A stretch of 64,000 nt of DNA from an uncultured Candidatus Saccharibacteria bacterium (lineage in GTDB: Bacteria; Patescibacteriota; Minisyncoccia; Phycocordibacterales; PCTT01): positions 46,529 through 110,528 of the forward strand of contig CAZMIM010000002.1 of assembly GCA_964566505.1 (NCBI GenBank). Reading direction: 5' to 3'. This document shows positions 24,239 through 33,730 of this stretch, in pieces. Numbering within the stretch: position 1 is the first letter of the stretch; each line of letters opens with the position of its first letter. The notes beneath the pieces were generated by a model. The model did no database searches and was not told where the DNA came from. It was given only the letters and a program-made list of their open reading frames with translations. The position numbers were made by a program, and so were the translations under genes.

Positions 24239-24310
24239 TGCTCTCGCCAAGAATCGAACTTGGATCACAGGTTCCGCAAACCTGTATTCTATCCATTAAA
24301 CTACGAGAGC
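24239..24310 (-). tRNA. tRNA-Arg (anticodon GCG, unusual)
   Basis: The minus strand reads GCTCTCG...CAGGT-TTGCGGA-ACCTG...AAGTTCGATTCTT...CGAGAGC-A, a clean cloverleaf. The anticodon-loop reading gives GCG. Confidence 0.65.
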
Positions 24311-24351
24311 GTGTGTTGAGTATATCTAAAAAAAACACATTGTTAAACACG

Positions 24352-24380
24352 TTGACCCAAAATACATATAACTGTATTGT
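24352..24380 (+). promoter_or_regulatory. sigma70-like promoter, TTGACC-N17-TATTGT
   Basis: This lies upstream of the 24417-24680 gene. The same architecture and a similar leader (..aaacaaa..agagg..ATG) recur at 24729-24757. Confidence 0.45.
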
Positions 24381-24416
24381 CTTAAATAGAAACTCAAACA
24401 AAACAAGAGGTTTATA

Positions 24417-24680
24417 ATGCACCAACTAAAAGCGCTCGAGGAAAAAGTTTTAGCTGAATTCCCAGAAGCCACCACAGAACTCGACCTTGCAGATAATCCA
24501 AATGGACGTTCTTTTCTTGATATTAATTGGAAAGAAAATTTTGCAACGGTCGGATGGCAGCAAGAACACGGCTTTGCTGTCTGGGAAGAACTAAATACGG
24601 TTTTCGGACAAGGTCCTGACAAGAAAGTTACAAGCCTGGAAGAAGCGTTTGACGAAGTGAAGCGCCTTTTCTCCAGCTAG
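24417..24680 (+). CDS. small hypothetical protein
   Basis: The 87-aa ORF has its own promoter-like site and a terminator (24690-24722 hairpin cccttctcacgaagggg). Confidence 0.35.
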   Translation: MHQLKALEEKVLAEFPEATTELDLADNPNGRSFLDINWKENFATVGWQQEHGFAVWEELNTVFGQGPDKKVTSLEEAFDEVKRLFSS

Positions 24681-24728
24681 TATCTTAGCCCACTTAAAGC
24701 CCCTTCTCACGAAGGGGTTTTGTTTTTA

Positions 24729-24757
24729 TTGACTCAAAACCACTAGGGCTGTATTGT
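24729..24757 (+). promoter_or_regulatory. sigma70-like promoter, TTGACT-N17-TATTGT
   Basis: This lies upstream of the 24789-25121 gene and is a paralogous copy of the 24352-24380 promoter and leader. Confidence 0.45.
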
Positions 24758-24788
24758 CTAGAAGGAAACACACAAACAAAGAGGAGTC

Positions 24789-25121
24789 ATGAATACAGAA
24801 CTTCAATATTCTCCTGAATTGGAAAAAGCTATTGAATCAGGCTCGATGCCGATGGAAACCCTTGAATTGGTACAGGAATTCATAAGGAGCGTACATGCGC
24901 AAAAGAGCGGTTTTGACTGCTTTGACAAGGTTGATCTTGAAAAAATTACTCGTATCTATTCACTGATTGGTTTCGAGGATGAAACCAAAACAGTTGTGGC
25001 GCTACGTGTTGAAATTTTCAATGGAGACATTGCTCATCCGCTTAGTATAGTGACCGTTGGTTTCAATGCCGACATGTCAGGCGTAAACGGATTCTCGCTC
25101 ACAAACAAAGAACTTGTGTAG
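24789..25121 (+). CDS. small hypothetical protein
   Basis: The 110-aa ORF has no recognisable motifs. Confidence 0.35.
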   Translation: MNTELQYSPELEKAIESGSMPMETLELVQEFIRSVHAQKSGFDCFDKVDLEKITRIYSLIGFEDETKTVVALRVEIFNGDIAHPLSIVTVGFNADMSGVNGFSLTNKELV

Positions 25122-25125
25122 CAAC

Positions 25126-25172
25126 AAAAAGCCCGCCAAAGTTTTGTTTTACAAAATTTAGGCGGGCTTTTC
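25126..25172. terminator. bidirectional terminator (agcccgcc...ggcgggct stem)
   Basis: An 8-bp GC stem with A/T-rich flanks lies between the convergent 24789-25121 gene and rpsT. Confidence 0.45.
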
Positions 25173-25436
25173 TTATTGATTGTTTTTGATGAATGCTGAG
25201 AGTCGTGATTTCTTTCGTGCTGCTGTGTTTTTCTTAATGATTCCTCGTTTTGCAGCCTTATCAATTGCTTTGTATGCTTCGTTTAGCTTTTCGTTTGCTT
25301 CCTTTGTCTTTTTGTCTGTTGCAAGAGTCTTTACTTCCTTAACCACGCTATTCATTGCTCGCTTTCTTCGCAGGTTAAAAACGCGCTTCCGATCTGCGCT
25401 TCTGATTGCTTTTTTTGCTCCTTTTGTAATAGCCAT
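25173..25436 (-). CDS. rpsT: 30S ribosomal protein S20
   Basis: The 87-aa basic protein reads MAITKGAKKAIRSADRKRVFNLRRK..., the S20 pattern. Confidence 0.85.
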   Translation of the reverse strand: MAITKGAKKAIRSADRKRVFNLRRKRAMNSVVKEVKTLATDKKTKEANEKLNEAYKAIDKAAKRGIIKKNTAARKKSRLSAFIKNNQ

Positions 25437-25557
25437 AATTAATTTGTGTGTTGTCGGAAATATATCCGACTACTGAGTGAGCATAATACCATGAAATCAC
25501 CCATGTGCAAGAGAAATATCGTTAATCTCTTGTCAATAAAGGGGTATACTATAGATA

Positions 25558-26133
25558 ATGATAAGGAAAATTAAGGGTACAGTAGAAGAAGTTACTGACA
25601 AACTCGCAATTATAGCCACACAATCAGGGCTTTCATACGGGGTGTATTGCTCTCCAGCAACTCTATCTTCCCTTTCTGTTTCGGAAAAAGAAGTTTCATT
25701 GTGGACAGATTTGGCGGTTCGAGAGAATTCACACGAACTATACGGATTCAACACACACGAAGAACTTTCTTTCTTTGAACTTTTGATTGGAATCTCTGGG
25801 ATTGGCCCAAAAGGCGCTGTGGGAATTCTGTCTGTTGCAGACATAAAGACACTGCGAACTGCTATTGCTTCTGGCGACACATCATATCTCACAAAAGTAT
25901 CAGGTATTGGAAAGAAAAGCGCAGATAAAATAGTGCTAGAGCTTCGGGACAAGATTGGATTGATTGAATCAGACTATACAGATACACTCAAAGAAGACAC
26001 CGAGGCAATAGAGGCACTAAAATCTCTTGGATACACACACATACAAGCACGAGATGCGCTAAAAGAGATTTCTGAAGAAACAAGCGGCGTGTCTGAGCGT
26101 GTGCGCGAAGCGCTAAAATATTTAGGATCATAA
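25558..26133 (+). CDS. ruvA: Holliday junction branch-migration protein RuvA
   Basis: The ORF has an OB-fold N-terminus, a tandem HhH (LIGISGIGPKGAVGIL.../VSGIGKKSADKIVLEL) and a C-terminal domain III. Confidence 0.85.
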   Translation: MIRKIKGTVEEVTDKLAIIATQSGLSYGVYCSPATLSSLSVSEKEVSLWTDLAVRENSHELYGFNTHEELSFFELLIGISGIGPKGAVGILSVADIKTLRTAIASGDTSYLTKVSGIGKKSADKIVLELRDKIGLIESDYTDTLKEDTEAIEALKSLGYTHIQARDALKEISEETSGVSERVREALKYLGS

Positions 26134-26134
26134 T

Positions 26135-27406
26135 ATGGAAAAAATTCTCCGAACAATAAAAAACATAGTCCCAGAGTGGATTCTTAATATTGTATTGCCT
26201 ACATACCATTTTGTTTTGGCGTTTATAAGTGCACTTGTGTATTGGTTCCCTTCTCGGAGGGTCACAGTAATTGGAATCACCGGAACAAAAGGAAAAACAA
26301 GTACCACAGAGATACTCAGTGCAATACTCGAAGAAGCTGGTTACAAAACAGCCGTTGCCGGTACGCTTCGTTTTAAAATCGGAAATGAGGTAACAGAAAA
26401 TAAATACAAAATGACAATGCCTGGTCGCTTCTTTTTACAGCGCTTTATGAGAAAGGCACAAAAAGCAGAATGTCAGTTTGTGATACTTGAAATGACTTCA
26501 CAAGGAGTGCTCCAGTCTCGTCATCGTTTTATTTCTCTTGATGCGCTTATATTCACAAACCTTGCGCCAGAACACATCGAAGCACATGGTTCATATGAAA
26601 ATTATAGAGATGCAAAACTAAAACTCGCCAAACTTCTTGAGCGCTCAAGAAAAAAGAGTCGTGCAATGATTTCAAATGTGGATGATAAAGAAGGAGAGAG
26701 GTTTCTTTCTGTGCGTGTGCCATACAAATACCCCTATTCACTAAAAGACGCAGAACCATACACTCTTCTAAAAGACGGTTCAGAAATGACTGTTGATGAA
26801 ACGCCTATTCATACACACCTTGCGGGAGCGTTTAATATATACAACATGCTCGCAGCTATAAGATGTGCACAACACTTTGGTGTAACAATACAATCTGCAA
26901 AAGACGCGCTTGAAAACTTTAAAGGCATCCGCGGTCGCCTTGAATATATCGATGAGGGACAAGACTTTAATGTGATTGTTGACTATGCACACACACCAGA
27001 CTCTCTTGAGAAGGTATATGAAGTGTTCCAAACCTCAAAAAAGATCTGCGTTCTTGGAAACACTGGAGGAGGGCGTGATAAATGGAAACGAAAAGAGATG
27101 GCCAAAATAGCAGAAAAGCACTGCTCTACAATAATCCTTACCAATGAAGACCCTTACGATGAAAACCCTCAGGACATTGTGGATGAAATGGCTCGAGCAA
27201 TTTCAATACCAAAATACAGAATCATTATGGACAGAAGAGAAGCTATAAAAGAGGCTATAAATATTGCAGAAACTGGAGATACTGTTTTGATTACCGGAAA
27301 AGGTACTGACCCATACATCATGGGACCAAATGGGACGAAAATGGACTGGGATGATGCAATGGTGGCACGAGAAGAGCTTGGGGCTCGCGGTGGTGAGAAT
27401 AAATAA
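26135..27406 (+). CDS. Mur-ligase-family protein (MurE-like) with an N-terminal hydrophobic segment
   Basis: The ORF has the VIGITGTKGKTSTTEIL P-loop and Mur-ligase middle and C domains (..TNEDPYDENPQDIV..). The canonical N-domain is replaced by a short TM-like segment (ILNIVLPTYHFVLAFISALVYWF). Confidence 0.65.
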   Translation: MEKILRTIKNIVPEWILNIVLPTYHFVLAFISALVYWFPSRRVTVIGITGTKGKTSTTEILSAILEEAGYKTAVAGTLRFKIGNEVTENKYKMTMPGRFFLQRFMRKAQKAECQFVILEMTSQGVLQSRHRFISLDALIFTNLAPEHIEAHGSYENYRDAKLKLAKLLERSRKKSRAMISNVDDKEGERFLSVRVPYKYPYSLKDAEPYTLLKDGSEMTVDETPIHTHLAGAFNIYNMLAAIRCAQHFGVTIQSAKDALENFKGIRGRLEYIDEGQDFNVIVDYAHTPDSLEKVYEVFQTSKKICVLGNTGGGRDKWKRKEMAKIAEKHCSTIILTNEDPYDENPQDIVDEMARAISIPKYRIIMDRREAIKEAINIAETGDTVLITGKGTDPYIMGPNGTKMDWDDAMVAREELGARGGENK

Positions 27407-27425
27407 TTATTAGTAATATTAGGTT

Positions 27426-28358
27426 ATGAAAGATTTAAAGTGGTTTATCGGAGTACTTATAGCACTTGGTGTCGTCTGGTTTATCACAGGCGGTCCTGAG
27501 CGTGCGTCTTCTCGCGACCCTTTTATTCATCAACCAAACCCAATTGGAGAAGGTGGAACATACAATCATGGTGGTCTCTTCCGAAACTTCTCTATCTTCC
27601 CTTCTTCTGGTTTAAATGTTCCCCAAGACAACAATGAGCTCGAGGATATTATTGAAGATTCAAATGTAAATACTGTATCTCCTTATAGCAATGGAGTAAC
27701 CATGTCTACATCGGGCGCACGAGCCGATGAAGCAGATGATGAATACATAACACTACGAATTGCACAAAATATATCAGAGCCAGTACTTCTAGATGGCTGG
27801 AGACTACGAAGCACCGTAACTGGAACAGATGTTTTGATTAGCGGTGCATCATATCTACCTAGACTTGGTGGAAACAATCAAGAATATACAATCAGAGCAA
27901 ACCCTGGCGACGAGATTATTATCACTACAGGTCGTTCGCCTATTGGAGTTTCATTCAGAACAAATGAGTGTATTGGATACTTAGAGCAGTTCCAAGATTT
28001 TTATCCAAGACTTCCACAACAATGTCCGTATGCAGAAGATGAAATACCGGCTCAATATGAATTTGGCTCAGGCCCGAATGCATTCAACGAGGAGTGTATG
28101 GATATTGTAGAGCGAATTGGACGATGTGAAATAAATACACAAACACTTCCTATTGATATTCAACCTCAATGTAGAGAATTTATAAATAAATCACTCAACT
28201 ACAACGGGTGTGTGGACCTTCATAGTAATGATTCTGATTTTTATGGAGACGAATGGCGAGTATATCTAGGGCGCACACAAGAGCTGTGGAAAGAGCGTCG
28301 AGAAGTTATTGAGCTTGTAGACGCAAACAACCGCGTTATTGACTCTGTTTCATATTAG
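27426..28358 (+). CDS. membrane-anchored lamin-tail-domain (LTD) protein with a Cys-rich C-terminal region
   Basis: The ORF has an N-terminal TM and an LTD-like segment (DDEYITLRIAQNISEPVLLDGWRLRS), then a C-terminal domain with about ten Cys. Confidence 0.45.
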   Translation: MKDLKWFIGVLIALGVVWFITGGPERASSRDPFIHQPNPIGEGGTYNHGGLFRNFSIFPSSGLNVPQDNNELEDIIEDSNVNTVSPYSNGVTMSTSGARADEADDEYITLRIAQNISEPVLLDGWRLRSTVTGTDVLISGASYLPRLGGNNQEYTIRANPGDEIIITTGRSPIGVSFRTNECIGYLEQFQDFYPRLPQQCPYAEDEIPAQYEFGSGPNAFNEECMDIVERIGRCEINTQTLPIDIQPQCREFINKSLNYNGCVDLHSNDSDFYGDEWRVYLGRTQELWKERREVIELVDANNRVIDSVSY

Positions 28359-28806
28359 AGAATAAAACTATTCCCGCCGTCACTGAGACGTTGAGTGACT
28401 CTTTTTCTCCAAACATTGGTATTTCAAGTATTGCGTCTGAATTTTTGAGGATTTCATCACTTACACCATCTACTTCATTACCTAAAACATAAAGTTGGTT
28501 CTTTTTTTGAGGTTTAAAATCATACAAAGACACAGAGTTCTTGTCCTGCTCAACAGAAATCACCTCACAATCTTTCTCTAACAACCCCAAGACTTCTTTT
28601 GAATCTTTTAAATATTCCCACTCCACAGACTCTTCTGCGCCGAGGGCTACTTTATGAAAATCTTTTCTCTTGTTCCCAAACCTGTCTAACGGACATGGAG
28701 TATTGCCACAAAGATATATCTTTTTTACACCACGAGCGTCTGCTGTTCTGAAAATCGAACCTACATTATGAACGCTCCTAATGTTTTCAAGTAGAATAAA
28801 AATCAT
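28336..28806 (-). CDS. SpoU/TrmH-family RNA 2'-O-methyltransferase (TrmL-like)
   Basis: The ORF has ENIRSVHNVGSIFRTADA, LVLGNEVDGVS and SLNVSVTAGIVLF, the SPOUT motifs. Confidence 0.8.
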   Translation of the reverse strand: MIFILLENIRSVHNVGSIFRTADARGVKKIYLCGNTPCPLDRFGNKRKDFHKVALGAEESVEWEYLKDSKEVLGLLEKDCEVISVEQDKNSVSLYDFKPQKKNQLYVLGNEVDGVSDEILKNSDAILEIPMFGEKESLNVSVTAGIVLFSNMKQSQ

Positions 28807-28845
28807 ACAAAGTGAATATACATACTCCGTGATACAATTACAACC

Positions 28846-29250
28846 ATGTTAGCACTCTTTCCTTCCCTTCTTGATTTCTCAATACTTGCACCAGTACTAC
28901 TTCGATTAGTTGTAGGGCTTTTGTTTGTGCGATATGGGGTACACAAACTAAATTCAAAAAGACATTCTTTTTATAGAAAAGGTATTGATAAAGAAAAGCA
29001 GGTTTCATCTATGGCTCTTCGCATCATTGGAATGCTCGAGGTGCTCGGTGGAGTATTTTTGGTTCTTGGTCTGTACACACAGCTTGTTTCTCTTGTCCTT
29101 ATTGTGATTGTGTTTATGGCGCTTATTTCAAAACGCTCTGGCAAGATTTCAACAACATTTCCTCAAGAACACTATATTCTTCTTATCGCCGTCCTATTGT
29201 CATTAATGTTTTTAGGTGCGGGAATATTCGCATTTGATATCCCTCTCTAG
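28846..29250 (+). CDS. DoxX-family membrane protein
   Basis: The 134-aa ORF has four TM helices and a DoxX-like pattern. Confidence 0.5.
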   Translation: MLALFPSLLDFSILAPVLLRLVVGLLFVRYGVHKLNSKRHSFYRKGIDKEKQVSSMALRIIGMLEVLGGVFLVLGLYTQLVSLVLIVIVFMALISKRSGKISTTFPQEHYILLIAVLLSLMFLGAGIFAFDIPL

Positions 29251-29291
29251 TAGACTTAAAGCCATATTTGCGATATATTTTTGACTACTAT

Positions 29292-29364
29292 CCGCCCGTA
29301 GCTCAGCTGGTAGAGCAGCAGCCTTTTAAGCTGACGGTCGAAGGTTCGAGTCCTTCCGGGCGGA
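29292..29364 (+). tRNA. tRNA-Lys (anticodon TTT)
   Basis: CCGCCCG-TA-GCTC...GCAGC-CTTTTAA-GCTGA...GAAGGTTCGAGTCCTTC-CGGGCGG-A; a rho-independent terminator follows (29376-29397). Confidence 0.8.
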
Positions 29365-29396
29365 CATTGATAATAAAAACTCCCTTTTGGGAGTTT

Positions 29397-30110
29397 TTAT
29401 ATTGAAAGAATCACCTCTTCTATTCCCTCTTCAAGATTTAATAATCGTCTTCTGGCTTCGTGGTAAGTGTTACTTAAATCTGTATATACACTCTGTATAG
29501 ACTCCTCACCAAATTTACCCAAAGCACGTTTTGATTTGTTATATACAAAAGGTTTTAGACCTGCCCCATTAGGAGTTTGTGCTTTTCCTGATTGAATCAT
29601 GCTCTTTATCTGCCACAACAACATTGAATGTATCTCTTCTGGTGACACACCTCTACTTAAAGCTTTTTGATACTCAACCCATGCGCCTTGTGCATCTTTT
29701 TGTGCAAAAGCGTCAGTCAAAGGAAAGAGTGTGGGTGCTTTTTTCTTCTCTATTTGTTTTGAATATTCTTTTATCTTAAGAGCGTGTTTTTCAAGCTTTT
29801 TTAGAACCGCTTTAGTTAGAGACTCTTCTTCTAAAACAAAAATATTTTCTGACGAAGCAATGTCTGCGATATTATCAATAAATATTTCTCTTGTGTTTTT
29901 ATCACTGCACACAGAATCAAGCACAATAATATATCGCTTCTCAAAAAGTCCCTGACCAGATATTTTATCTTTTAAAACATCCTCACTAATTGTCTCTGGA
30001 GTAACACGAAACATATTAGAGTCTGGCTTTTTCTCTAAAAGAGCGTCAACAAGTAGCCTTGTCTGCTCCCTAACCTTGTCTATGTCTGTGCCATACATTA
30101 CATACAACAT
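29397..30110 (-). CDS. DNA polymerase III delta-subunit-like (HolA-like) protein
   Basis: The 237-aa ORF's N-terminus (LYVMYGTDIDKV...) and length fit a minimal clamp-loader delta. It lies adjacent to and upstream of polA. The similarity is weak. Confidence 0.4.
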   Translation of the reverse strand: MLYVMYGTDIDKVREQTRLLVDALLEKKPDSNMFRVTPETISEDVLKDKISGQGLFEKRYIIVLDSVCSDKNTREIFIDNIADIASSENIFVLEEESLTKAVLKKLEKHALKIKEYSKQIEKKKAPTLFPLTDAFAQKDAQGAWVEYQKALSRGVSPEEIHSMLLWQIKSMIQSGKAQTPNGAGLKPFVYNKSKRALGKFGEESIQSVYTDLSNTYHEARRRLLNLEEGIEEVILSI

Positions 30111-30114
30111 ATAT

Positions 30115-32532
30115 CTACTCTATTTCTTTTAAGTCACCCCAGTGTGGCCCCACGCCAGCATTTGCAATAAATGTAATGCCCTCTGTGTCTTCTGTTGGAA
30201 TCACGTCCTCCATTATTTCTTTTAGTGCCTTTGCGTGCTTTTCTGCCTTTTCTGTTGGAATCTCAAAAACAAGCTCATCGTGCACCTGAAGAAGCATTTT
30301 TATTTCACCAGAAAGATCTTCTTTTTGAATATGCTCATCAATTTTTATCATTGCCCGCTTTATAATGTCTGCTTGCGTACCCTGAATTGGTGCATTTATT
30401 GCCATTCTTTCTGCTTGTGCACGCACAAATGGAAGTTTTGAATCAATTCCTTCAAAATATCTTCGTCTACCAAACAATGTTTCTGTGTATCCATTTTTAT
30501 GAGCAAATGCTTTTTGCTCATCTATAAATTTTGAAATACCAGTAAAAGTCTTGAAGTATCTGTCGTAGAAATCCCGTGCTTCTTTTTGTGTACTTCCAAT
30601 ATTTTTCTTCAAAGCATTTACACCCATCCCATAAAGAATTCCAAAGTTAATTGTTTTTGCTTTAGCACGCATTCCTTTATCAACCTCTTCAGGCGACACT
30701 CCAAACACCTCTGCAGCTACTTGTGAGTGAATATCCTCGTTGTTTTTAAATATCTCAAGAAGCTTCTCGTCTTTTGAAAGAACCGCTGCAATACGAAGCT
30801 CTATTTGAGAGTAGTCTATAGCCACCAAGCTAGATCCTTTGGGTGCAGTAAATGCATTTCTGATAATTCTTCCTTTCTCTGTACGAATTGGAATATTTTG
30901 TACATTTGGATTTTGTGATGAGAGCCTTCCTGTAGATGTTCCTGTTTGAACAAATGTAGCGTGGAGTCTGTCTTCTTCATCAAGTTGCTCGGGAAGGGTG
31001 TCTATATATGTAGAAAGTAGTTTTTGAAGCTCTCTATACTCAAGTATTTCTTTAATTATAGTGTGTTTATCAGATAGTTTTTGGAGCTCTGATTCACGTG
31101 TAGAATACGAGCCTGTAGAGGTCTTTTTTATCTTTGCATCTCCTTGTATCTGCATTTTCCCAAACAAGATTTCTCCAAGTTGTTTAGGAGAATTGAGGTT
31201 AAAAGTCTCACCTGCTTGTTTGAAAATGCTTGTTTGTATCTCGGCAAGCTCCTCATGATATTTCTTTGATATGTTTTTCAAAAAATCTTTGTCTATAAGT
31301 ACACCTTCTTTTGTCATCTTCTTTAAGATAGGTATGAGTGGCAACTCTATCTTTTCATACACATACATAAGTTGCTTTTCATGAAGCTCTTGGAGAATCT
31401 GCTCTTTTGCCTTTTTAAAGTCTCGAGTCGATGCGTAGCGTAATATGTCATCAAGTGTTGGGTTTGAGATTGTAGAATCCAAAAGCCAGAGAGCTATACC
31501 AACACGCTCAATCTCACCATCGTCTACCTTTTCTTTTATTTCGTTTAGACTTTGTTGCCTGGCTTTTCCTCTGTCCTCAAGAGAAAACATCTCCTCTACA
31601 CGAGCTCCGAGAGTTCTAAAAGTGAGCTCGTCAAAAAGGTTGAGAATATTTTCTGGAGATACTTCTTCTTTCCATTCTTTTTCTGGTAGAGAAAAATCAA
31701 CTGGTGCATCGAGACGAATTGTTGCAAGTGTTTTAGAAAAACGAGCGTCTTCTTCTCCTTCTTTTAGAAGGTTTATAATCCGTGGAGTAAGCCCCGCGCT
31801 CTTAAACGCTTCTTCGTCTTTAGCTAATTTTTTGTATATATCTTCAACAGAACCAAAAGAAGTAATAAGAGTTGTTGCTGTTTTTTCTCCAATCCCTTTA
31901 ATTCCTTTTATATTGTCTGATGGGTCACCCCGAAGACCTTTATAGTCAGGAAGAAGTTCAGGCCCAAAAGAAAATCTCTCTTCTACCGCATCTTCGTTGT
32001 ATATGATTGTGTCTTTTATGCCTCGTTTGAGAGTGTAAACACGCACCCTATCCCCTTTTACAAGCTGTAGTGTGTCCATATCACCTGAAGCAATCACCAC
32101 ATCGTGTTCTGTGTTGTTATGCAAATCATTTGCAATCGTCCCTAAAACATCATCTGCTTCAAAACCTTCTGCTTCATATATAGGAATAGAAAATGCCTCG
32201 AAAAGGTCTCTAGAACGATCTATTTGTGTCACCAAGGCGTCGTCTGTTTCTTTTCTGCCCGCTTTATATTCTTCATAAACTTCGTGCCTGTGTGTTGGAC
32301 CTTTTAGATCAAAGGTTGCAATAATATAGTCAGGCTTTAGCTCACCAATAATTTTAATAAGCATTGTTGAAAGCCCAAAAAGCGCACCTGTTGGCTCTCC
32401 TGTGTTTGAAACAAAGTCAGGAAGTGCGTGGTATGCACGATGAATGATTGCGTGTGTGTCTAAAATAACTATTGTTTTTTTCTCTTTCTTTTTAGCCATT
32501 GTGTGTATATGTAATTTCGCGTGCTGTTTCAT
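30115..32532 (-). CDS. polA: DNA polymerase I
   Basis: The 805-aa ORF has a 5'-3' exonuclease domain and a polymerase domain with motif A (DYSQIELR), motif B (RRxAKxxNFGxxYG) and motif C (QVHDELV). Confidence 0.95.
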   Translation of the reverse strand: MKQHAKLHIHTMAKKKEKKTIVILDTHAIIHRAYHALPDFVSNTGEPTGALFGLSTMLIKIIGELKPDYIIATFDLKGPTHRHEVYEEYKAGRKETDDALVTQIDRSRDLFEAFSIPIYEAEGFEADDVLGTIANDLHNNTEHDVVIASGDMDTLQLVKGDRVRVYTLKRGIKDTIIYNEDAVEERFSFGPELLPDYKGLRGDPSDNIKGIKGIGEKTATTLITSFGSVEDIYKKLAKDEEAFKSAGLTPRIINLLKEGEEDARFSKTLATIRLDAPVDFSLPEKEWKEEVSPENILNLFDELTFRTLGARVEEMFSLEDRGKARQQSLNEIKEKVDDGEIERVGIALWLLDSTISNPTLDDILRYASTRDFKKAKEQILQELHEKQLMYVYEKIELPLIPILKKMTKEGVLIDKDFLKNISKKYHEELAEIQTSIFKQAGETFNLNSPKQLGEILFGKMQIQGDAKIKKTSTGSYSTRESELQKLSDKHTIIKEILEYRELQKLLSTYIDTLPEQLDEEDRLHATFVQTGTSTGRLSSQNPNVQNIPIRTEKGRIIRNAFTAPKGSSLVAIDYSQIELRIAAVLSKDEKLLEIFKNNEDIHSQVAAEVFGVSPEEVDKGMRAKAKTINFGILYGMGVNALKKNIGSTQKEARDFYDRYFKTFTGISKFIDEQKAFAHKNGYTETLFGRRRYFEGIDSKLPFVRAQAERMAINAPIQGTQADIIKRAMIKIDEHIQKEDLSGEIKMLLQVHDELVFEIPTEKAEKHAKALKEIMEDVIPTEDTEGITFIANAGVGPHWGDLKEIE

Positions 32533-32929
32533 TTAAATGAGCAAAAGAAAGACAGTGCGCATTCTCTGGTATTGCATCTTTTATCTTTTCTGGCCATTCA
32601 ATAAATATAATTGTTTTGGAATCTAGTAATAATTTATCCCAACCAAGACTTTTGATGTCTTCTGAGTCCTCAAGACGATAAGCGTCTATGTGAACAAGCT
32701 TGTCAAAAGGCTTGTTTGTGAGAGGGTATGTTTTTTGTATTACAAATGTGGGGCTTGTTATAGGTTCTTTGATACCAAAATATGTTCCCACGGATTGAGT
32801 AAAAGTAGTTTTTCCTGAGCCTAAATCACCTGAAAGCGCTACAACAGTTGCACCCTCTTTTGGCTGTAGTTTTTCACAAAAATCTTGTGCAAATTCTTCT
32901 ATATCCTCTCGTTCTATCACCTTTTTCAT
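32492..32929 (-). CDS. tsaE: tRNA threonylcarbamoyladenosine biosynthesis ATPase TsaE
   Basis: The 145-aa ORF carries the P-loop GDLGSGKTTFTQ and fits the TsaE/YjeE family in size and motifs. Confidence 0.85.
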   Translation of the reverse strand: MKKVIEREDIEEFAQDFCEKLQPKEGATVVALSGDLGSGKTTFTQSVGTYFGIKEPITSPTFVIQKTYPLTNKPFDKLVHIDAYRLEDSEDIKSLGWDKLLLDSKTIIFIEWPEKIKDAIPENAHCLSFAHLNETAREITYTHNG

Positions 32930-33071
32930 CCCGTAGTAAAAAATTAGTTTGATTAATTAGACAAGTTGGTTTCGACACAACCAAGTCTATCTCTCATTTC
33001 CCGTAAGTATGTCTAATTAATCTCTGTTGAAGTAGTTAGCACTACTTCAACGAACTAATTTATACTACGGG
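32930..33071. other. nested inverted-repeat structured element in the tsaE upstream region
   Basis: Outer IR cccgtagtaaaaaattagtt / aactaatttatactacggg; inner IR gattaattagaca / tgtctaattaatc; plus hairpins ttggtttcgacacaaccaa and gttgaagtagttagcactacttcaac. Confidence 0.4.
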
Positions 33072-33097
33072 ATTCATACATAAATAGTACCACGAAA

Positions 33098-33135
33098 AGA
33101 AAAAAGGCCGACGAAATTGGATTTCGTCGGCCTTT
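33098..33135 (-). terminator. rho-independent terminator downstream of the lipoprotein gene
   Basis: On the minus strand, aggccgacgaaatccaatttcgtcggcct is followed by a T-run. Confidence 0.55.
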
Positions 33136-33152
33136 CATGGTTTCTTCTACTA

Positions 33153-33587
33153 CTAGTAAGGCGTGACCTTAACTCCCAGCAGACCGTTGTAGTGGCGATA
33201 AACGCTCACATCAACCATTGCGCACCCTGAATTTCTGTCGAAGCGGCTTGCTTTAACAGATACAGGATCGGCGCGGACAGTTCGATTTTCCGAATCAATG
33301 AGATTCACATAGACATTCACTCGCGCGTCTGCTATGTACCTCCCATATTCATCAGAGAGCCTGTCTCTGTCGATGGTATGGCGTGAGTAACCAAGATACG
33401 GCACATTGACAAAATTGTCCTCCTGGCCGGTCTTGGCACGAACTGTCATCCCTTCCTCGGTTGAGTTGAAGACTTCTACGCACCCAGCGTAATGGGCGTC
33501 GAAATATCCCCCTTCTTCAGTGAGAGAGTCAACGACACCGCACCCTGTCAAAAACACAACAGAGCAGATCAAGAAAATACGTTTCAT
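33153..33587 (-). CDS. lipoprotein (hypothetical), anomalously GC-rich
   Basis: From the internal Met the sequence reads MKRIFLICSVVFLTGC, a lipobox. The body of the gene is visibly GC-rich relative to its flanks. Confidence 0.5.
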   Translation of the reverse strand: MKRIFLICSVVFLTGCGVVDSLTEEGGYFDAHYAGCVEVFNSTEEGMTVRAKTGQEDNFVNVPYLGYSRHTIDRDRLSDEYGRYIADARVNVYVNLIDSENRTVRADPVSVKASRFDRNSGCAMVDVSVYRHYNGLLGVKVTPY

Positions 33588-33730
33588 CGTATTATGCTCT
33601 AAAGAGCGGTTGGTGATACTTCTATATATATTATACCATTTTATATACCTATTTGTCAAGAACGACTATATAGCTTCTATCCCCTATTTAAGCCACATAA
33701 TCCACTTGGCTAATGTTACAATAGGCTTAT

